A stretch of 64,000 bases of DNA from Eledone cirrhosa (GCA_964016885.1 OZ024744.1:20336001-20400000); one strand, 5' to 3'; positions 27,310 to 43,559 are shown, counted from the stretch's first letter. Made by a program: numbers and translations. The notes: a model not told the origin generated them from the sequence alone.

Positions 27310-30300
27310 TGAATCTTAAGATAAAGCTCGTTTTAACAACAGTTGAATCTTAAGAACTGACTCGTTTTAACAACAGATGAATCTTAAGATAAAACTCGTT
27401 TTAACAACAGTTGAATCTTAAGAACTGACTCGTTTTATCAACAGTTCAACCTTAAGAACTGATTCGTTTTAACAACAGTTGAATCTTCAAATAAAACTCG
27501 TTTTAACAACAGTTGAATCTTAAGAACTGACTCGTTTTAACAACAGTTGAATCTTAAGAACTGACTCGTTTTAACAATAGTTGAATCTTATGAACTGACT
27601 CATTTTAACAACAGTTGAATCTTAATATAACATTCGTTTTAACAACAGTTGAATCTTAAGAACTGACTCGTTTTAACAACAGTTGAATCTTCAAATAAAA
27701 CTAGATTTAACAACAGTTGAATCTTAAGAACTGACTCGTTTTAACAACTGTTCAATCTTAAGATAAAACTCGTCTTAACAACAGTTGAATCTTAAGAACT
27801 GACTCGTTTTATCAACAGTTCAACCTTAAGAACTAACTAGTTTTAACAACAGTTGAATCATCAAATCAAACTCGTTCTAACAACAGTTGAATCTTAAGAA
27901 CTGACTTGTTTTAACATCAGTTCAACCTTAAGAGCTGACTCGTTTAACAACAGTTGAATCTTCAAATAAAACTCGTTTTAACAACAGTTGAAAATTAAGA
28001 ACTGACTCGTTTTAACAATAGTTGAATCTTAAGATAAAACTAGTTTTAACAACAGTTGAATCTTAAGAACTGACTCGTTTTAACAACAGTTGGATGTTAA
28101 GATAAAACTCGTTTTAACAATAGTTGAATCTTAAGAACTGACTCGTTTTAACAACAGTTGAATCTTAAGATAACACTCGTTTTAACAACAGTTGAATCTT
28201 AAGAACTGACTCGTTTTAACAACAGTTGAATCTTAAGATAAAACCCGTTTTAACAACAGTTGAATCTTAAGAACTGACTCGTTTTAACAACAGATGAATC
28301 TTAAGATAAAACTCGTTTTAACAACAGTTGAATCTTAAGAACTGACTTGTTTTATCAACAGTTCAACCGTACGAACTGACTCGTTTTAACAACAGTTGAA
28401 TCTTCAAATAAAACTCGTTTTAACAACAGTTGAATCTTAAGAAATGACTCGTTTTAACAACAGTTGAATCTTAAGATAAAACTCGTTTTAACAACAGTTG
28501 AATCTTAAGAACTGACTCGTTTTAACAACAGCTGAATCTTAAGATAAAACTCGTTTTAACAACAGTTGAATGTTTAAGAACTGACTTGTTTTATCAACAG
28601 TTCAACCGTAAGAACTGACTCGTTTTAACAACAGTTGAATGTTCAAATAAAACTCGTTTTAACAACAGGTGAATCTTAAGAACTGACTCGTTTTAACAAC
28701 AGTTGAATCTTAAGAACTGACTCGTTTTAACAACAGTTAAATCTTAAGAACTGACTCGTTTTAACAACAGTTGAATGTTAAGATAAAACTCGTTTTAACA
28801 ACAGTTGAATCTTAAGAACTGACTCGTTTTAACAACAGCTGAATCTTAAGATAAAACTCGTTTTAACAACAGTTGAATCTTAAGAACTGACTCGTTTTAA
28901 CAATAGTTGAATCTTCAAATAAAACTCGTTTTAATAACAGTTGAATATTAAGAACTGACTCGTTTTAACAACAGTTGAATCTTAAGATAACATTCGTTTT
29001 AACAACAGTTGAATCTTAAGAACTGATTCTTTTTAACAACAGTTGAATCTTAAGATAAAACTCGTTTTAACAACAGTTGAATCTTAAGAACTGACTCGTT
29101 TTAACAACAGTTGAATCTTAAGATAACATTCGTTTTAACAACAGTTGAATCTTAAGAACTGACTCGTTTTAACAACAGATGAATCTTAAGATAAAACTCG
29201 TTTTAACAACAGTTGAATCTTAAGAACTGACTCGTTTTATCAACAGTTCAACCTTAAGAACTGATTCGTTTTAACAACAGTTGAATCTTCAAATAAAACT
29301 CGTTTTAACAACAGTTGAATCTTAAGAACTGACTCGTTTTAACAACAGTTGAATCTTAAGAACTGACTCGTTTTAACAATAGTTGAATCTTATGAACTGA
29401 CTCATTTTAACAACAGTTGAATCTTAATATAACATTCGTTTTAACAACAGTTGAATCTTAAGAACTGACTCGTTTTAACAACAGTTGAATCTTCAAATAA
29501 AACTAGATTTAACAACAGTTGAATCTTAAGAACTGACTCGTTTTAACAACTGTTCAATCTTAAGATAAAACTCGTCTTAACAACAGTTGAATCTTAAGAA
29601 CTGACTCGTTTTATCAACAGTTCAACCTTAAGAACTAACTAGTTTTAACAACAGTTGAATCATCAAATCAAACTCGTTCTAACAACAGTTGAATCTTAAG
29701 AACTGACTTGTTTTAACATCAGTTCAACCTTAAGAGCTGACTCGTTTAACAACAGTTGAATCTTCAAATAAAACTCGTTTTAACAACAGTTGAAAATTAA
29801 GAACTGACTCGTTTTAACAATAGTTGAATCTTAAGATAAAACTAGTTTTAACAACAGTTGAATCTTAAGAACTGACTCGTTTTAACAACAGTTGGATGTT
29901 AAGATAAAACTCGTTTTAACAATAGTTGAATCTTAAGAACTGACTCGTTTTAACAACAGTTGAATCTTAAGATAAAACTCGTTTTAACAACAGTTGAATC
30001 TTAAGAACTGACTCGTTTTAACAACAGTTGAATCTTAAGATAAAACCCGTTTTAACAACAGTTGAATCTTAAGAACTGACTCGTTTTAACAACAGATGAA
30101 TCTTAAGATAAAACTCGTTTTAACAACAGTTGAATCTTAAGAACTGACTTGTTTTATCAACAGTTCAACCGTACGAACTGACTCGTTTTAACAACAGTTG
30201 AATCTTCAAATAAAACTCGTTTTAACAACAGTTGAATCTTAAGAAATGACTCGTTTTAACAACAGTTGAATCTTAAGATAAAACTCGTTTTAACAACAGT

Positions 30301-30910
30301 TGAATCTTAAGAACTGACTCGTTTTAACAACAGCTGAATCTTAAGATAAAACTCGTTTTAACAACAGTTGAATGTTTAAGAACTGACTTGTTTTATCAAC
30401 AGTTCAACCGTAAGAACTGACTCGTTTTAACAACAGTTGAATGTTCAAATAAAACTCGTTTTAACAACAGGTGAATCTTAAGAACTGACTCGTTTTAACA
30501 ACAGTTGAATCTTAAGAACTGACTCGTTTTAACAACAGTTAAATCTTAATAACTGACTCGTTTTAACAACAGTTGAATGTTAAGATAAAACTCGTTTTAA
30601 CAACAGTTGAATCTTAAGAACTGACTCGTTTTAACAACAGCTGAATCTTAAGATAAAACTCGTTTTAACAACAGTTGAATCTTAAGAACTGACTCGTTTT
30701 AACAATAGTTGAATCTTCAAATAAAACTCGTTTTAATAACAGTTGAATATTAAGAACTGACTCGTTTTAACAACAGTTGAATCTTAAGATAACATTCGTT
30801 TTAACAACAGTTGAATCTTAAGAACTGATTCTTTTTAACAACAGTTGAATCTTAAGATAAAACTCGTTTTAACAACAGTTGAATCTTAAGAACTGACTCG
30901 TTTTAACAAC
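27310..30910. repeat. Tandem duplication with an 1802-bp period (53 monomers)
   Basis: Markers AACTAACTAG 27831/29633 and CAGGTGAATC 28666/30468. Confidence 0.88.
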
Positions 30911-33900
30911 AGCTGAATCTTAAGATAAAACTCGTTTTAACAACAGTTGAATCTTAAGAACTGACTCATTTTATCAACAGTTCAACCTTAAGAACTGATT
31001 CGTTTTAACAACAGTTGAATCTTAAGAACTGACTCGTTTTAACAACAGTTGAATCTTAAGGACTGACTCGTTTTAACAACAGTTGAATCTTATGAACTGA
31101 CTCATTTTAACAACAATTGAATCTTAAGATAAAACTCGTTTTAACAACAGTTGAATCTTAAGAACTGACTTGTTTTAACATCAGTTCAACCTTAAGAGCT
31201 GACTCGTTTAACAACAGTTGAATCTTCAAATAAACTCGTTTTAACAACAGTTGAAAATTAAGAACTGACTCGTTTTAACAACAGTTGAATCTTAAGATAA
31301 AACTAGTTTTAACAACAGTTGAATCTTAAGAACTGACTCGTTTTAAAAACAGCTGAATCTTAAGATATAACTCGTTTTAACAACAGTTGGATCTTAAGAA
31401 CTGACTCGTTTTAACAACAGTTGAATCTTCAAATAAAACTCGTTTTAACAACAGTTGAATCTTAAGAACTGACTCGTTTTAACAACAGTTGAATCTTAAG
31501 ATAAAACTCGTTTTAACAACAGTTGAATCTTAAGAACTGACTCGTTTTAACAACAGATGAATCTTATGATAAAACTCGTTTTAACAACAGTTGAATCTTA
31601 AGAACTGACTTGTTTTATCAACAGTTCAACCGTACGAACTGACTCGTTTTAACAACAGTTGAATCTTCAAACAAAACTCGTTTTAACAGCAGTTGAATCT
31701 TAAGAAATGACTCGTTTTAACAACAGTTGAATCTTAAGATAAAACTCGTTTTAACAACAGTTGAATCTTAAGAACTGACTTGTTTTATCAACAGTTCAAC
31801 CGTAAGAACTGACTCGTTTTAACATCAGTTGAATGTTCAAATAAAACTCGTTTTAACAACAGTTGAATCTTAATAACTGACTCGTTTTAACAACAGTTGA
31901 ATCTTAAGAACTGACTCGTTTTAACAACAGTTAAATCTTAATAACTGACTCGTTTTAACAACAGTTGAATGTTAAGATAAAACTCGTTTTAACAACAGTT
32001 GAATCTTAAGAACTGACTCGTTTTAACAACAGCTGAATCTTAAGATAAAACTCGTTTTAACAACAGTTGAATCTTAAGATCTGACTCGTTTTAACAATAG
32101 TTGAATCTTCAAATAAAACTCGTTTTAACAACAGTTGAATATTAAGAACTGACTCGTTTTAACAACAGTTGAATCTTAAGATAACATTCGTTTTAACAAC
32201 AGTTGAATCTTAAGAACTGATTCTTTTTAACAACAGTTGAATCTTAAGATAAAACTCGTTTTAACAACAGTTGAATCTTAAGAACTGACTCGTTTTAACA
32301 ACAGCTGAATCTTAAGATAAAACTCGTTTTAACAACAGTTGAATCTTAAGAACTGACTCATTTTATCAACAGTTCAACCTTAAGAACTGATTCGTTTTAA
32401 CAACAGTTGAATCTTAAGAACTGACTCGTTTTAACAACAGTTGAATCTTAAGGACTGACTCGTTTTAACAACAGTTGAATCTTATGAACTGACTCATTTT
32501 AACAACAATTGAATCTTAAGATAACATTCGTTTTAACAACAGTTGAATCTTAAGAACTGACTCGTTTTATCAACAGTTCAACCTTAAGAAGTAACTCGTT
32601 TTAACAACAGTTGAATCATCAAATCAAACTCGTTCTAACAACAGTTGAATCTTAAGAACTGACTCGTTGTAACAACAGTTGAGTCTTAAGATAAAACTCG
32701 TTTTAACAACAGTTGAATCTTAAGAACTGACTCATTTTAACAACAGTTGAATCTTAAGATAAAACTCGTTTTAACAACAGTTGAATCTTAAGAACTGACT
32801 CGTTTTAACAACAGCTGAATCTTAAGATAAAACTCGTTTTAACAACAGTTGAATCTTAAGAACTGACTTGTTTTAACATCAGTTCAACCTTAAGAGCTGA
32901 CTCGTTTAACAACAGTTGAATCTTCAAATAAAACTCGTTTTAACAACAGTTGAAAATTAAGAACTGACTCGTTTTAACAACAGTTGAATCTTAAGATAAA
33001 ACTAGTTTTAACAACAGTTGAATCTTAAGAACTGACTCGTTTTAAAAACAGCTGAATCTTAAGATATAACTCGTTTTAACAACAGTTGGATCTTAAGAAC
33101 TGACTCGTTTTAACAACAGTTGAATCTTAAGATAAAACTCGTTTTAACAACAGTTGAATCTTAAGAACTGACTCGTTTTAACAACAGATGAATCTTATGA
33201 TAAAACTCGTTTTAACAACAGTTGAATCTTAAGAACTGACTTGTTTTATCAACAGTTCAACCGTACGAACTGACTCGTTTTAACAACAGTTGAATCTTCA
33301 AACAAAACTCGTTTTAACAGCAGTTGAATCTTAAGAAATGACTCGTTTTAACAACAGTTGAATCTTAAGATAAAACTCGTTTTAACAACAGTTGAATCTT
33401 AAGAACTGACTTGTTTTATCAACAGTTCAACCGTAAGAACTGACTCGTTTTAACATCAGTTGAATGTTCAAATAAAACTCGTTTTAACAACAGTTGAATC
33501 TTAATAACTGACTCGTTTTAACAACAGTTGAACCTTAAGAACTGACTCGTTTTAACAACAGTTAAATCTTAATAACTGACTCGTTTTAACAACAGTTGAA
33601 TATTTAGATAAAACTTGTTTTAACAACAGTTGAATCTTAAGAACTGACTCGTTTTAACAACAGTTGAATGTTAAGATAAAACTCGTTTTAACAATAGTTG
33701 AATCTTAAGAACTGACTCGTTTTAACAACAGTTGAATCTTAAGATAAAACTCGTTTTAACAACAGTTGAATCTTAAGAACTGACTCGTTTTAACAACAGT
33801 TGAATCTTAAGATAAAACTCGTTTTAACAACAGTTGAATCTTAAGAACTGACTCGTTTTAACAACAGATGAATCTTAAGATAAAACTCGTTTTAACAACT

Positions 33901-35039
33901 GTTGAATCTTAAGAACTGACTCGTTTTATCAACAGTTCAACCTTAAGAACTGATTCGTTTTAACAACAGTTGAATCTTCAAATAAAACTCGTTTTAACAA
34001 CAGTTGAAACTTAAGAACTGACTCGTTTTAACAACAGTTGAATCTTAAGAACTGACTCGTTTTAACAACAGTTGAATGTTAAGATAAAACTCGTTTTAAC
34101 AACAGTTGAATCTTAAGAACTGACTCGTTTTAACAACAGTTGAATCTTAAGATAAAACTCGTTTTAACAACAGTTGAATCTTAAGAACTGACTCGTTTTA
34201 ACAACAGTTGAATCTTAAGATAAAACTCGTTTTAACAACAGTTGAATCTTAAGAACTGACTCGTTTTAACAACAGATGAATCTTAAGATAAAACTCGTTT
34301 TAACAACAGTTGAATCTTAAGAACTGACTTGTTTTATCAACAGTTCAACCGTACGAACTGACTCGTTTTAACAACAGTTGAATCTTCAAATAAAACTCGT
34401 TTTAACAACAGTTGAATCTTAAGAAATGACTCGTTTTAACAACAGTTGAATCTTAAGATAAAACTCGTTTTAACAACAGTTGAATCTTAAGAACTGACTC
34501 GTTTTAACAACAGCTGAATCTTAAGATAAAACTCGTTTTAACAACAGTTGAATGTTTAAGAACTGACTTGTTTTATCAACAGTTCAACCGTAAGAACTGA
34601 CTCGTTTTAACAACAGTTGAATGTTCAAATAAAACTGGTTTTGACAACAGTTGAATCTTAAGAACTGACTCGTTTTAACAACAGTTGAATCTTAAGAACT
34701 GACTCGTTTTAACAACAGTTGAATGTTAAGATAAAACTCGTTTTAACAACAGTTGAATCTTAAGAACTGACTCGTTTTAACAACAGCTGAATCTTAAGAT
34801 AAAACTCGTTTTAACAACAGTTGAATCTTAAGAACTGACTCGTTTTAACAATAGTTGAATCTTAAAATAAAACTCGTTTTAACAACAGTTGAATATTAAG
34901 AACTGACTCGTTTTAACAACAGTTGAATCTTAAGATAACATTCGTTTTAACAACAGTTGAATCTTAAGAACTGATTCTTTTTAACAACAGTTGAATCTTA
35001 AGATAAAACTCGTTTTAACAACAGTTGAATCTTCAGAAC

Positions 35040-36870
35040 TGACTCGTTTTAACAACAGCTGAATCTTAAGATAAAACTCGTTTTAACAACAGTTGAATCT
35101 TAAGAACTGACTCATTTTATCAACAGTTCAACCTTAAGAACTGATTCGTTTTAACAACAGTTGAATCTTAAGAACTGACTCGTTTTAACAACAGTTGAAT
35201 CTTAAGGACTGACTCGTTTTAACAACAGTTGAATCTTATGAACTGACTAATTTTAACAACAATTGAATCTTAAGATAACATTCGTTTTAACAACAGTTGA
35301 ATCTTAAGAACTGACTCGTTTTATCAACAGTTCAACCTTAAGAAGTAACTCGTTTTAACAACAGTTGAATCATCAAATCAAACTCGTTCTAACAACAGTT
35401 GAATCTTAAGAACTGACTCGTTGTAACAACAGTTGAGTCTTAAGATAAAACTCGTTTTAACAACAGTTGAATCTTAAGAACTGACTCGTTTTAACAACAG
35501 TTGAATCTTAAGAACTGACTTGTTTTAACATCAGTTCAACCTTAAGAGCTGACTCGTTTAACAACAGTTGAATCTTCAAATAAAACTCGTTTTAACAACA
35601 GTTGAAAATTAAGAACTGACTCGTTTTAACAACAGATGAATCTTAAGATAAAACTAGTTTTAACAACAGTTGAATCTTAAGAACTGACTCGTTTTAACAA
35701 CAGTTGAATCTTAAGATAAAACTCCTTTTACCAACTGTTGAATCTTAAGAACTGACTCGTTTTGAAAACAGCTGAATCTTAAGATATAACTCGTTTTAAC
35801 AACAGTTGGATCTTAAGAACTGACTTGTTTTATCAACAGTTCAACTGTACGAACTGACTCGTTTTAACAACAGTTGAATCTTCAAACAAAACTCGTTTTA
35901 ACAGCAGTTGAATCTTAAGAACTGACTCGTTTTAACAACAGCTGAATCTTAAGATAAAACTCGTTTTAACAACAGTTGAATCTTAAGAACTGACTCATTT
36001 TATCAACAGTTCAACCTTAAGAACTGATTCGTTTTAACAACAGTTGAATCTTAAGAACTGACTCGTTTTAACAACAGTTGAATCTTAAGGACTGACTCGT
36101 TTTAACAACAGTTGAATCTTATGAACTGACTAATTTTAACAACAATTGAATCTTAAGATAACATTCGTTTTAACAACAGTTGAATCTTAAGAACTGACTC
36201 GTTTTATCAACAGTTCAACCTTAAGAAGTAACTCGTTTTAACAACAGTTGAATCATCAAATCAAACTCGTTCTAACAACAGTTGAATCTTAAGAACTGAC
36301 TCGTTGTAACAACAGTTGAGTCTTAAGATAAAACTCGTTTTAACAACAGTTGAATCTTAAGAACTGACTCATTTTAACAACAGTTGAATCTTAAGATAAA
36401 ACTCGTTTTAACAACAGTTGAATCTTAAGAACTGACTCGTTTCAACAACAGTTGAATCTTAAGAACTGACTTGTTTTAACATCAGTTCAACCTTAAGAGC
36501 TGACTCGTTTAACAACAGTTGAATCTTCAAATAAAACTCGTTTTAACAACAGTTGAAAATTAAGAACTGACTCGTTTTAACAACAGATGAATCTTAAGAT
36601 AAAACTAGTTTTAACAACAGTTGAATCTTAAGAACTGACTCGTTTTAACAACAGTTGAATCTTAAGATAAAACTCCTTTTACCAACTGTTGAATCTTAAG
36701 AACTGACTCGTTTTGAAAACAGCTGAATCTTAAGATATAACTCGTTTTAACAACAGTTGGATCTTAAGAACTGACTTGTTTTATCAACAGTTCAACTGTA
36801 CGAACTGACTCGTTTTAACAACAGTTGAATCTTCAAACAAAACTCGTTTTAACAGCAGTTGAATCTTAAG
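35040..36870. repeat. Tandem duplication with an 883-951-bp period (about 26-28 monomers)
   Basis: Markers AACTGACTAATTTT 35241/36124 and TCAACTGTAC 35841/36792. The two offsets differ by exactly one 68-bp dimer. Confidence 0.82.
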
Positions 36871-39800
36871 AAATGACTCGTTTTAACAAAAGTTGTATCT
36901 TAAGATAAAACTCGTTTTAACAATAGTTGAATCTTAAGAACTGACTTGTTTTATCAACAGTTCAACCGTAAGAACTGACTCGTTTTAACAACAGTTGAAT
37001 GTTCAAATAAAACTCGTTTTTACAACAGTTGAATCTTAATAACTGACTCGTTTTAACAACAGTTGAATCTTAAGAACTGACTCGTTTTAACAACAGTTAA
37101 ATCTTAATAACTGACTCGTTTTAACAACAGTTGAATATTTAGATAAAACTCGTTTTAACAACAGTTGAATCTTAAGAACTGACTCGTTTTAACAACAGTT
37201 GAATGTTAAGATAAAACTCGTTTTAACAATAGTTGAATCTTAAGAACTGACTCGTTTTAACAACAGTTGAATCTTAAGATAAAACTCGTTTTAACAACAG
37301 TTGAATCTTAAGAACTGACTCGTTTTAACAACAGTTGAATCTTAAGATAAAACTCGTTTTAACAACAGATGAATCTTAAGAACTGACTCGTTTTAACAAC
37401 AGATGAATCTTAAGATAAAACTCGTTTTAACAACAGTTGAATCTTAAGAACTGACTCGTTTTATCAACAGTTCAGCCTTAAGAACTGATTCGTTTTAACA
37501 ACAGTTGAATCTTCAAATAAAACTCGTTTTAACAACAGTTGAATCTTAAGAACTGACTCGTTTTAACAACAGTTGAATCTTAAGAACTGACTCGTTTTAA
37601 CAATAGTTGAATCTTATGAACTGACTCATTTTAACAACAGTTGAATCTTAATATAACATTCGTTTTAACAACAGTTGAATCTTAAGAACTGACTCGTTTT
37701 AACAACAGTTGAATCTTCAAATAAAACTCGATTTAACAACAGTTGAATCTTAAGAACTGACTCGTTTTAACAACTGTTGAATCTTAAGATAAAACTCGTC
37801 TTAACTACAGTTGAATCTTAAGAACTGACTCGTTTTATCAACAGTTCAACCTTAAGAACTAACTCGTTTTAACAACAGTTGAATCATCAAATCAAACTCG
37901 TTCTAACAACAGTTGAATCTTAAGAACTGACTCGTTTTAACAACAGATGAATCTTATGATAAAACTCGTTTTAACAACAGTTGAATCTTAAGAACTGACT
38001 TGTTTTATCAACAGTTCAACCGTACGAACTGACTCGTTTTAACAACAGTTGAATCTTCAAACAAAACTCGTTTTAACAGCAGTTGAATCTTAAGAAATGA
38101 CTCGTTTTAACAACAGTTGAATCTTAAGATAAAACTCGTTTTAACAACAGTTGAATCTTAAGAACTGACTTGTTTTATCAACAGTTCAACCGTAAGAACT
38201 GACTCGTTTTAACAACAGTTGAATGTTCAAATAAAACACGTTTTAACAACAGTTGAATCTTAATAACTGACTCGTTTTAACAACAGTTGAATCTTAAGAA
38301 CTGACTCGTTTTAACAACAGTTAAATCTTAATAACTGACTCGTTTTAACAACAGTTGAATCTTAAGAACTGACTCGTTTTAACAACAGTTGAATGTTAAG
38401 ATAAAACTCGTTTTAACAATAGTTGAATCTTAAGAACTGACTCGTTTTAACAACAGTTGAATCTTAAGATAAAACTCGTTTTAACAACAGTTGAATCTTA
38501 AGAACTGACTCGTTTTAACAACAGTTGAATCTTAAGATAAAACTCGTTTTAACAACAGTTGAATCTTAAGAACTGTCTCGTTTTATCAACAGTTCAACCG
38601 TAAGAACTGATTCGTTTTAACAACAGTTGAATCTTCAAATAAAACTCGTTTTAACAACAGTTGAATCTTAAGAACTGACTCGTTTTAACAACAGTTGAAT
38701 CTTAAGAACTGACTCGTTTTAACAATAGTTGAATCTTATGAACTGACTCATTTGAACAACAGTTGAATCTTAATATAACATTCGTTTTAACAACAGTTGA
38801 ATCTTAAGAACTGACTCGTTTTAACAACAGTTGAATCTTAAGTACTGACTCGTTTTAACAACTGTTGAATCTTAAGATAAAACTCGTCTTAACAACAGTT
38901 GAATCTTAAGAACTGACTCGTTTTATCAACAGTTCAACCTTAAGAACTAACTCGTTTTAACAACAGTTGAATCATCAAATCAAACTCGTTCTAACAACAG
39001 TTGAATCTTAAGAACTGACTCGTTTTAACAACAGTTGAGTCTTAAGATAAAACTCGTTTTAAAAACAGTTGAATCTTAAGAACTGACTTGTTTTAACATC
39101 AGTTCAACCTTAAGAGCTGACTCGTTTAACAACAGTTGAAAATTAAGAACTGACTCGTTTTAACAATAGTTGAATCTTAAGATAAAACTAGTTTTAACAA
39201 CAGTTGAATCTTAAGAACTGACTCGTTTTAACAACAGTTGAATGTTAAGATAAAACTCGTTTTAACAACAGTTGAATCTTAAGAACTGACTCGTTTTAAC
39301 AACAGTTGAATCTTAAGATAAAACTCGTTTTAACAACAGTTGAATCTTAAGAACTGACTCGTTTTAACAACAGATGAATCTTAAGATAAAACTCGTTTTA
39401 ACAACTGTTGAATCTTAAGAACTGACTCATTTTATCAACAGTTCAACCTTAAGAACTGATTCGTTTTAACAACAGTTGAATCTTCAAATAAAACTCGTTT
39501 TAACAACAGTTGAAACTTAAGAACTGACTCGTTTTAACAACAGTTGAATCTTAAGAACTGACTCGTTTTAACAATAGTTGAATCTTATGAACTGACTCAT
39601 TTTAACAACAGTTGAATCTTAATATAACATTCGTTTTAACAACAGTTGAATCTTAAGAACTGACTCGTTTTAACAACAGTTGAATGTTAAGAAAAAACTC
39701 GTTTTAACAACAGTTGAATCTTAAGAACTGACTCGTTTTAACAACAGTTGAATGTTAAGAAAAAACTCGTTTTAACAACAGTTGAATCTTAAGAACTGAC

Positions 39801-42800
39801 TCGTTTTATCAACAGTTCAACCTTAAGAACTGATTCGTTTTAACAACAGTTGAATCTTCAAATAAAACTCGTTTTAACAACAGTTGAAACTTAAGAACTG
39901 ACTCGTTTTAACAACAGTTGAATCTTAAGAACTGACTCGTTTTAACAATAGTTGAATCTTATGAACTGACTCATTTTAACAACAGTTGAATCTTAATATA
40001 ACATTCGTTTTAACAACAGTTGAATCTTAAGAACTGACTCGTTTTAACAACAGTTGAATGTTAAGATAAAACTCGTTTTAACAACAGTTGAATCTTTAGA
40101 ACTGACTCGTTTTAACAACAGTTGAATCTTAAGATAAAACTCGTTTTAACAACAGTTGAATCTTAAGAACTGACTCGTTTTAACAACAGTTGAATCTTAA
40201 GATAAAACTCGTTTTAACAACAGTTGAATCTTAAGAACTGACTCGTTTTAACAACAGATGAATCTTAAGATAAAACTCGTTTTAACAACAGTTGAATCTT
40301 AAGAACTGACTTGTTTTATCAACAGTTCAACCGTACGAACTGACTCGTTTTAACAACAGTTGAATCTTCAAATAAAACTCGTTTTAACAACAGTTGAATC
40401 TTAAGAAATGACTCGTTTTAACAACAGTTGAATCTTAAGATAAAACTCGTTTTAACAACAGTTGAATCTTAAGAACTGACTCGTTTTAACAACAGCTGAA
40501 TCTTAAGATAAAACTCGTTTTAACAACAGTTGAGTCTTAAGATAAAACTCGTTTTAAAAACAGTTGAATCTTAAGAACTGACTTGTTTTAACATCAGTTC
40601 AACCTTAAGAGCTGACTCGTTTAACAACAGTTGAAAATTAAGAACTGACTCGTTTTAACAATAGTTGAATCTTAAGATAAAACTAGTTTTAACAACAGTT
40701 GAATCTTAAGAACTGACTCGTTTTAACAACAGTTGAATGTTAAGATAAAACTCGTTTTAACAATAGTTGAATCTTAAGAACTGACTCGTTTTAACAACAG
40801 TTGAATCTTAAGATAAAACTCGTTTTAACAACAGTTGAATCTTAAGAACTGACTCGTTTTAACAACAGATGAATCTTAAGATAAAACTCGTTTTAACAAC
40901 TGTTGAATCTTAAGAACTGACTCATTTTATCAACAGTTCAACCTTAAGAACTGATTCGTTTTAACAACAGTTGAATCTTCAAATAAAACTCGTTTTAACA
41001 ACAGTTGAAACTTAAGAACTGACTCGTTTTAACAACAGTTGAATCTTAAGAACTGACTCGTTTTAACAATAGTTGAATCTTATGAACTGACTCATTTTAA
41101 CAACAGTTGAATCTTAATATAACATTCGTTTTAACAACAGTTGAATCTTAAGAACTGACTCGTTTTAACAACAGTTGAATGTTAAGATAAAACTCGTTTT
41201 AACAACAGTTGAATCTTAAGAACTGACTCGTTTTAACAACAGTTGAATCCTAAGATAAAACTCGTTTTAACAACAGTTGAATCTTAAGAACTGACTCGTT
41301 TTAACAACAGTTGAATCTTAAGATAAAACTCGTTTTAACAACAGTTGAATCTTAAGAACTGACTCGTTTTAACAACAGTTGAATCTTAAGATAAAACTCG
41401 TTTTAACAACAGTTGAATCTTAAGAACTGACTCGTTTTAACAACAGATGAATCTTAAGATAAAACTCGTTTTAACAACAGTTGAATCTTAAGAACTGACT
41501 TGTTTTATCAACAGTTCAACCGTACGAACTGACTCGTTTTAACAACAGTTGAATCTTCAAATAAAACTCGTTTTAACAACAGTTGAATCTTAAGAAATGA
41601 CTCGTTTTAACAACAGTTGAATCTTAAGATAAAACTCGTTTTAACAACAGTTGAATCTTAAGAACTGACTCGTTTTAACAACAGCTGAATCTTAAGATAA
41701 AACTCGTTTTAACAACAGTTGAATGTTTAAGAACTGACTTGTTTTATCAACAGTTCAACCGTAAGAACTGACTCGTTTTAACAACAGTTGAATGTTCAAA
41801 TAAAACTGGTTTTAACAACAGTTGAATCTTAAGAACTGACTCGTTTTAACAACAGTTGAATCTTAAGAACTGACTCGTTTTAACAACAGTTGAATGTTAA
41901 GATAAAACTCGTTTTAACAACAGTTGAATCTTAAGAACTGACTCGTTTTAACAACAGCTGAATCTTAAGATAAAACTCGTTTTAACAACAGTTGAATCTT
42001 AAGAACTGACTCGTTTTAACAATAGTTGAATCTTAAAATAAAACTCGTTTTAACAACAGTTGAATATTAAGAACTGACTCGTTTTAACAACAGTTGAATC
42101 TTAAGATAACATTCGTTTTAACAACAGTTGAATCTTAAGAACTGATTCTTTTTAACAACAGTTGAATCTTAAGATAAAACTCGTTTTAACAACAGTTGAA
42201 TCTTCAGAACTGACTCGTTTTAACAACAGCTGAATCTTAAGATAAAACTCGTTTTAACAACAGTTGAATCTTAAGAACTGACTCATTTTATCAACAGTTC
42301 AACCTTAAGAACTGATTCGTTTTAACAACAGTTGAATCTTAAGAACTGACTCGTTTTAACAACAGTTGAATCTTAAGGACTGACTCGTTTTAACAACAGT
42401 TGAATCTTATGAACTGACTCATTTTAACAACAATAGAATCTTAAGATAACATTCGTTTTAACAATAGTTGAATCTTAAGAACTGACTCGTTTTATCAACA
42501 GTTCAACCTTAAGAAGTAACTCGTTTTAACAACAGTTGAATCATCAAATCAAACTCGTTCTAACAACAGTTGAATCTTAAGAACTGACTCGTTGTAACAA
42601 CAGTTGAGTCTTAAGATAAAACTCATTTTAACAACAGTTGAATCTTAAGAACTGACTCATTTTAACAACAGTTGAATCTTAAGATAAAACTCGTTTTAAC
42701 AACAGTTGAATCTTACGAACTGACTCGTTTTAACAACAGCTGAATCTTAAGATAAAACTCGTTTTAACAACAGTTGAATCTTAAGAACTGACTTGTTTTA

Positions 42801-43559
42801 ACATCAGTTCAACCTTAAGAGCTGACTCGTTTAACAACAGTTGAATCTTCAAATAAAACTCGTTTTAACAACAGTTGAAAATTAAGAACTGACTCGTTTT
42901 AACAACAGATGAATCTTAAGATAAAACTAGTTTTAACAACAGTTGAATCTTAAGAACTGACTCGTTTTAACAACAGTTGAATCTTAAGATAAAACTCCTT
43001 TTACCAACTGTTGAATCTTAAGAACTGACTCGTTTTGAAAACAGCTGAATCTTAAGATATAACTCGTTTTAACAACAGTTGGATCTTAAGAACTGACTTG
43101 TTTTATCAACAGTTCAACCGTACGAACTGACTCGTTTTAACAACAGTTGAATCTTCAAACAAAACTCGTTTTAACAGCAGTTGAATCTTAAGAAATGACT
43201 CGTTTTAACAACAGTTGAATCTTAAGATAAAACTCGTTTTAACAACAGTTGAATCTTAAGAACTGACTTGTTTTATCAACAGTTCAACCGTAAGAACTGA
43301 CTCGTTTTAACAACAGTTGAATGTTCAAATAAAACTCGTTTTTACACCAGTTGAATCTTAATAACTGACTCGTTTTAACAACAGTTGAATCTTAAGAACT
43401 GACTCGTTTTAACAACAGTTAAATCTTAATAACTGACTCGTTTTAACAACAGTTGAATATTTAGATAAAACTCGTTTTAACAACAGTTGAATCTTAAGAA
43501 CTGACTCGTTTTAACAACAGTTGAATGTTAAGATAAAACTCGTTTTAACAATAGTTGAA

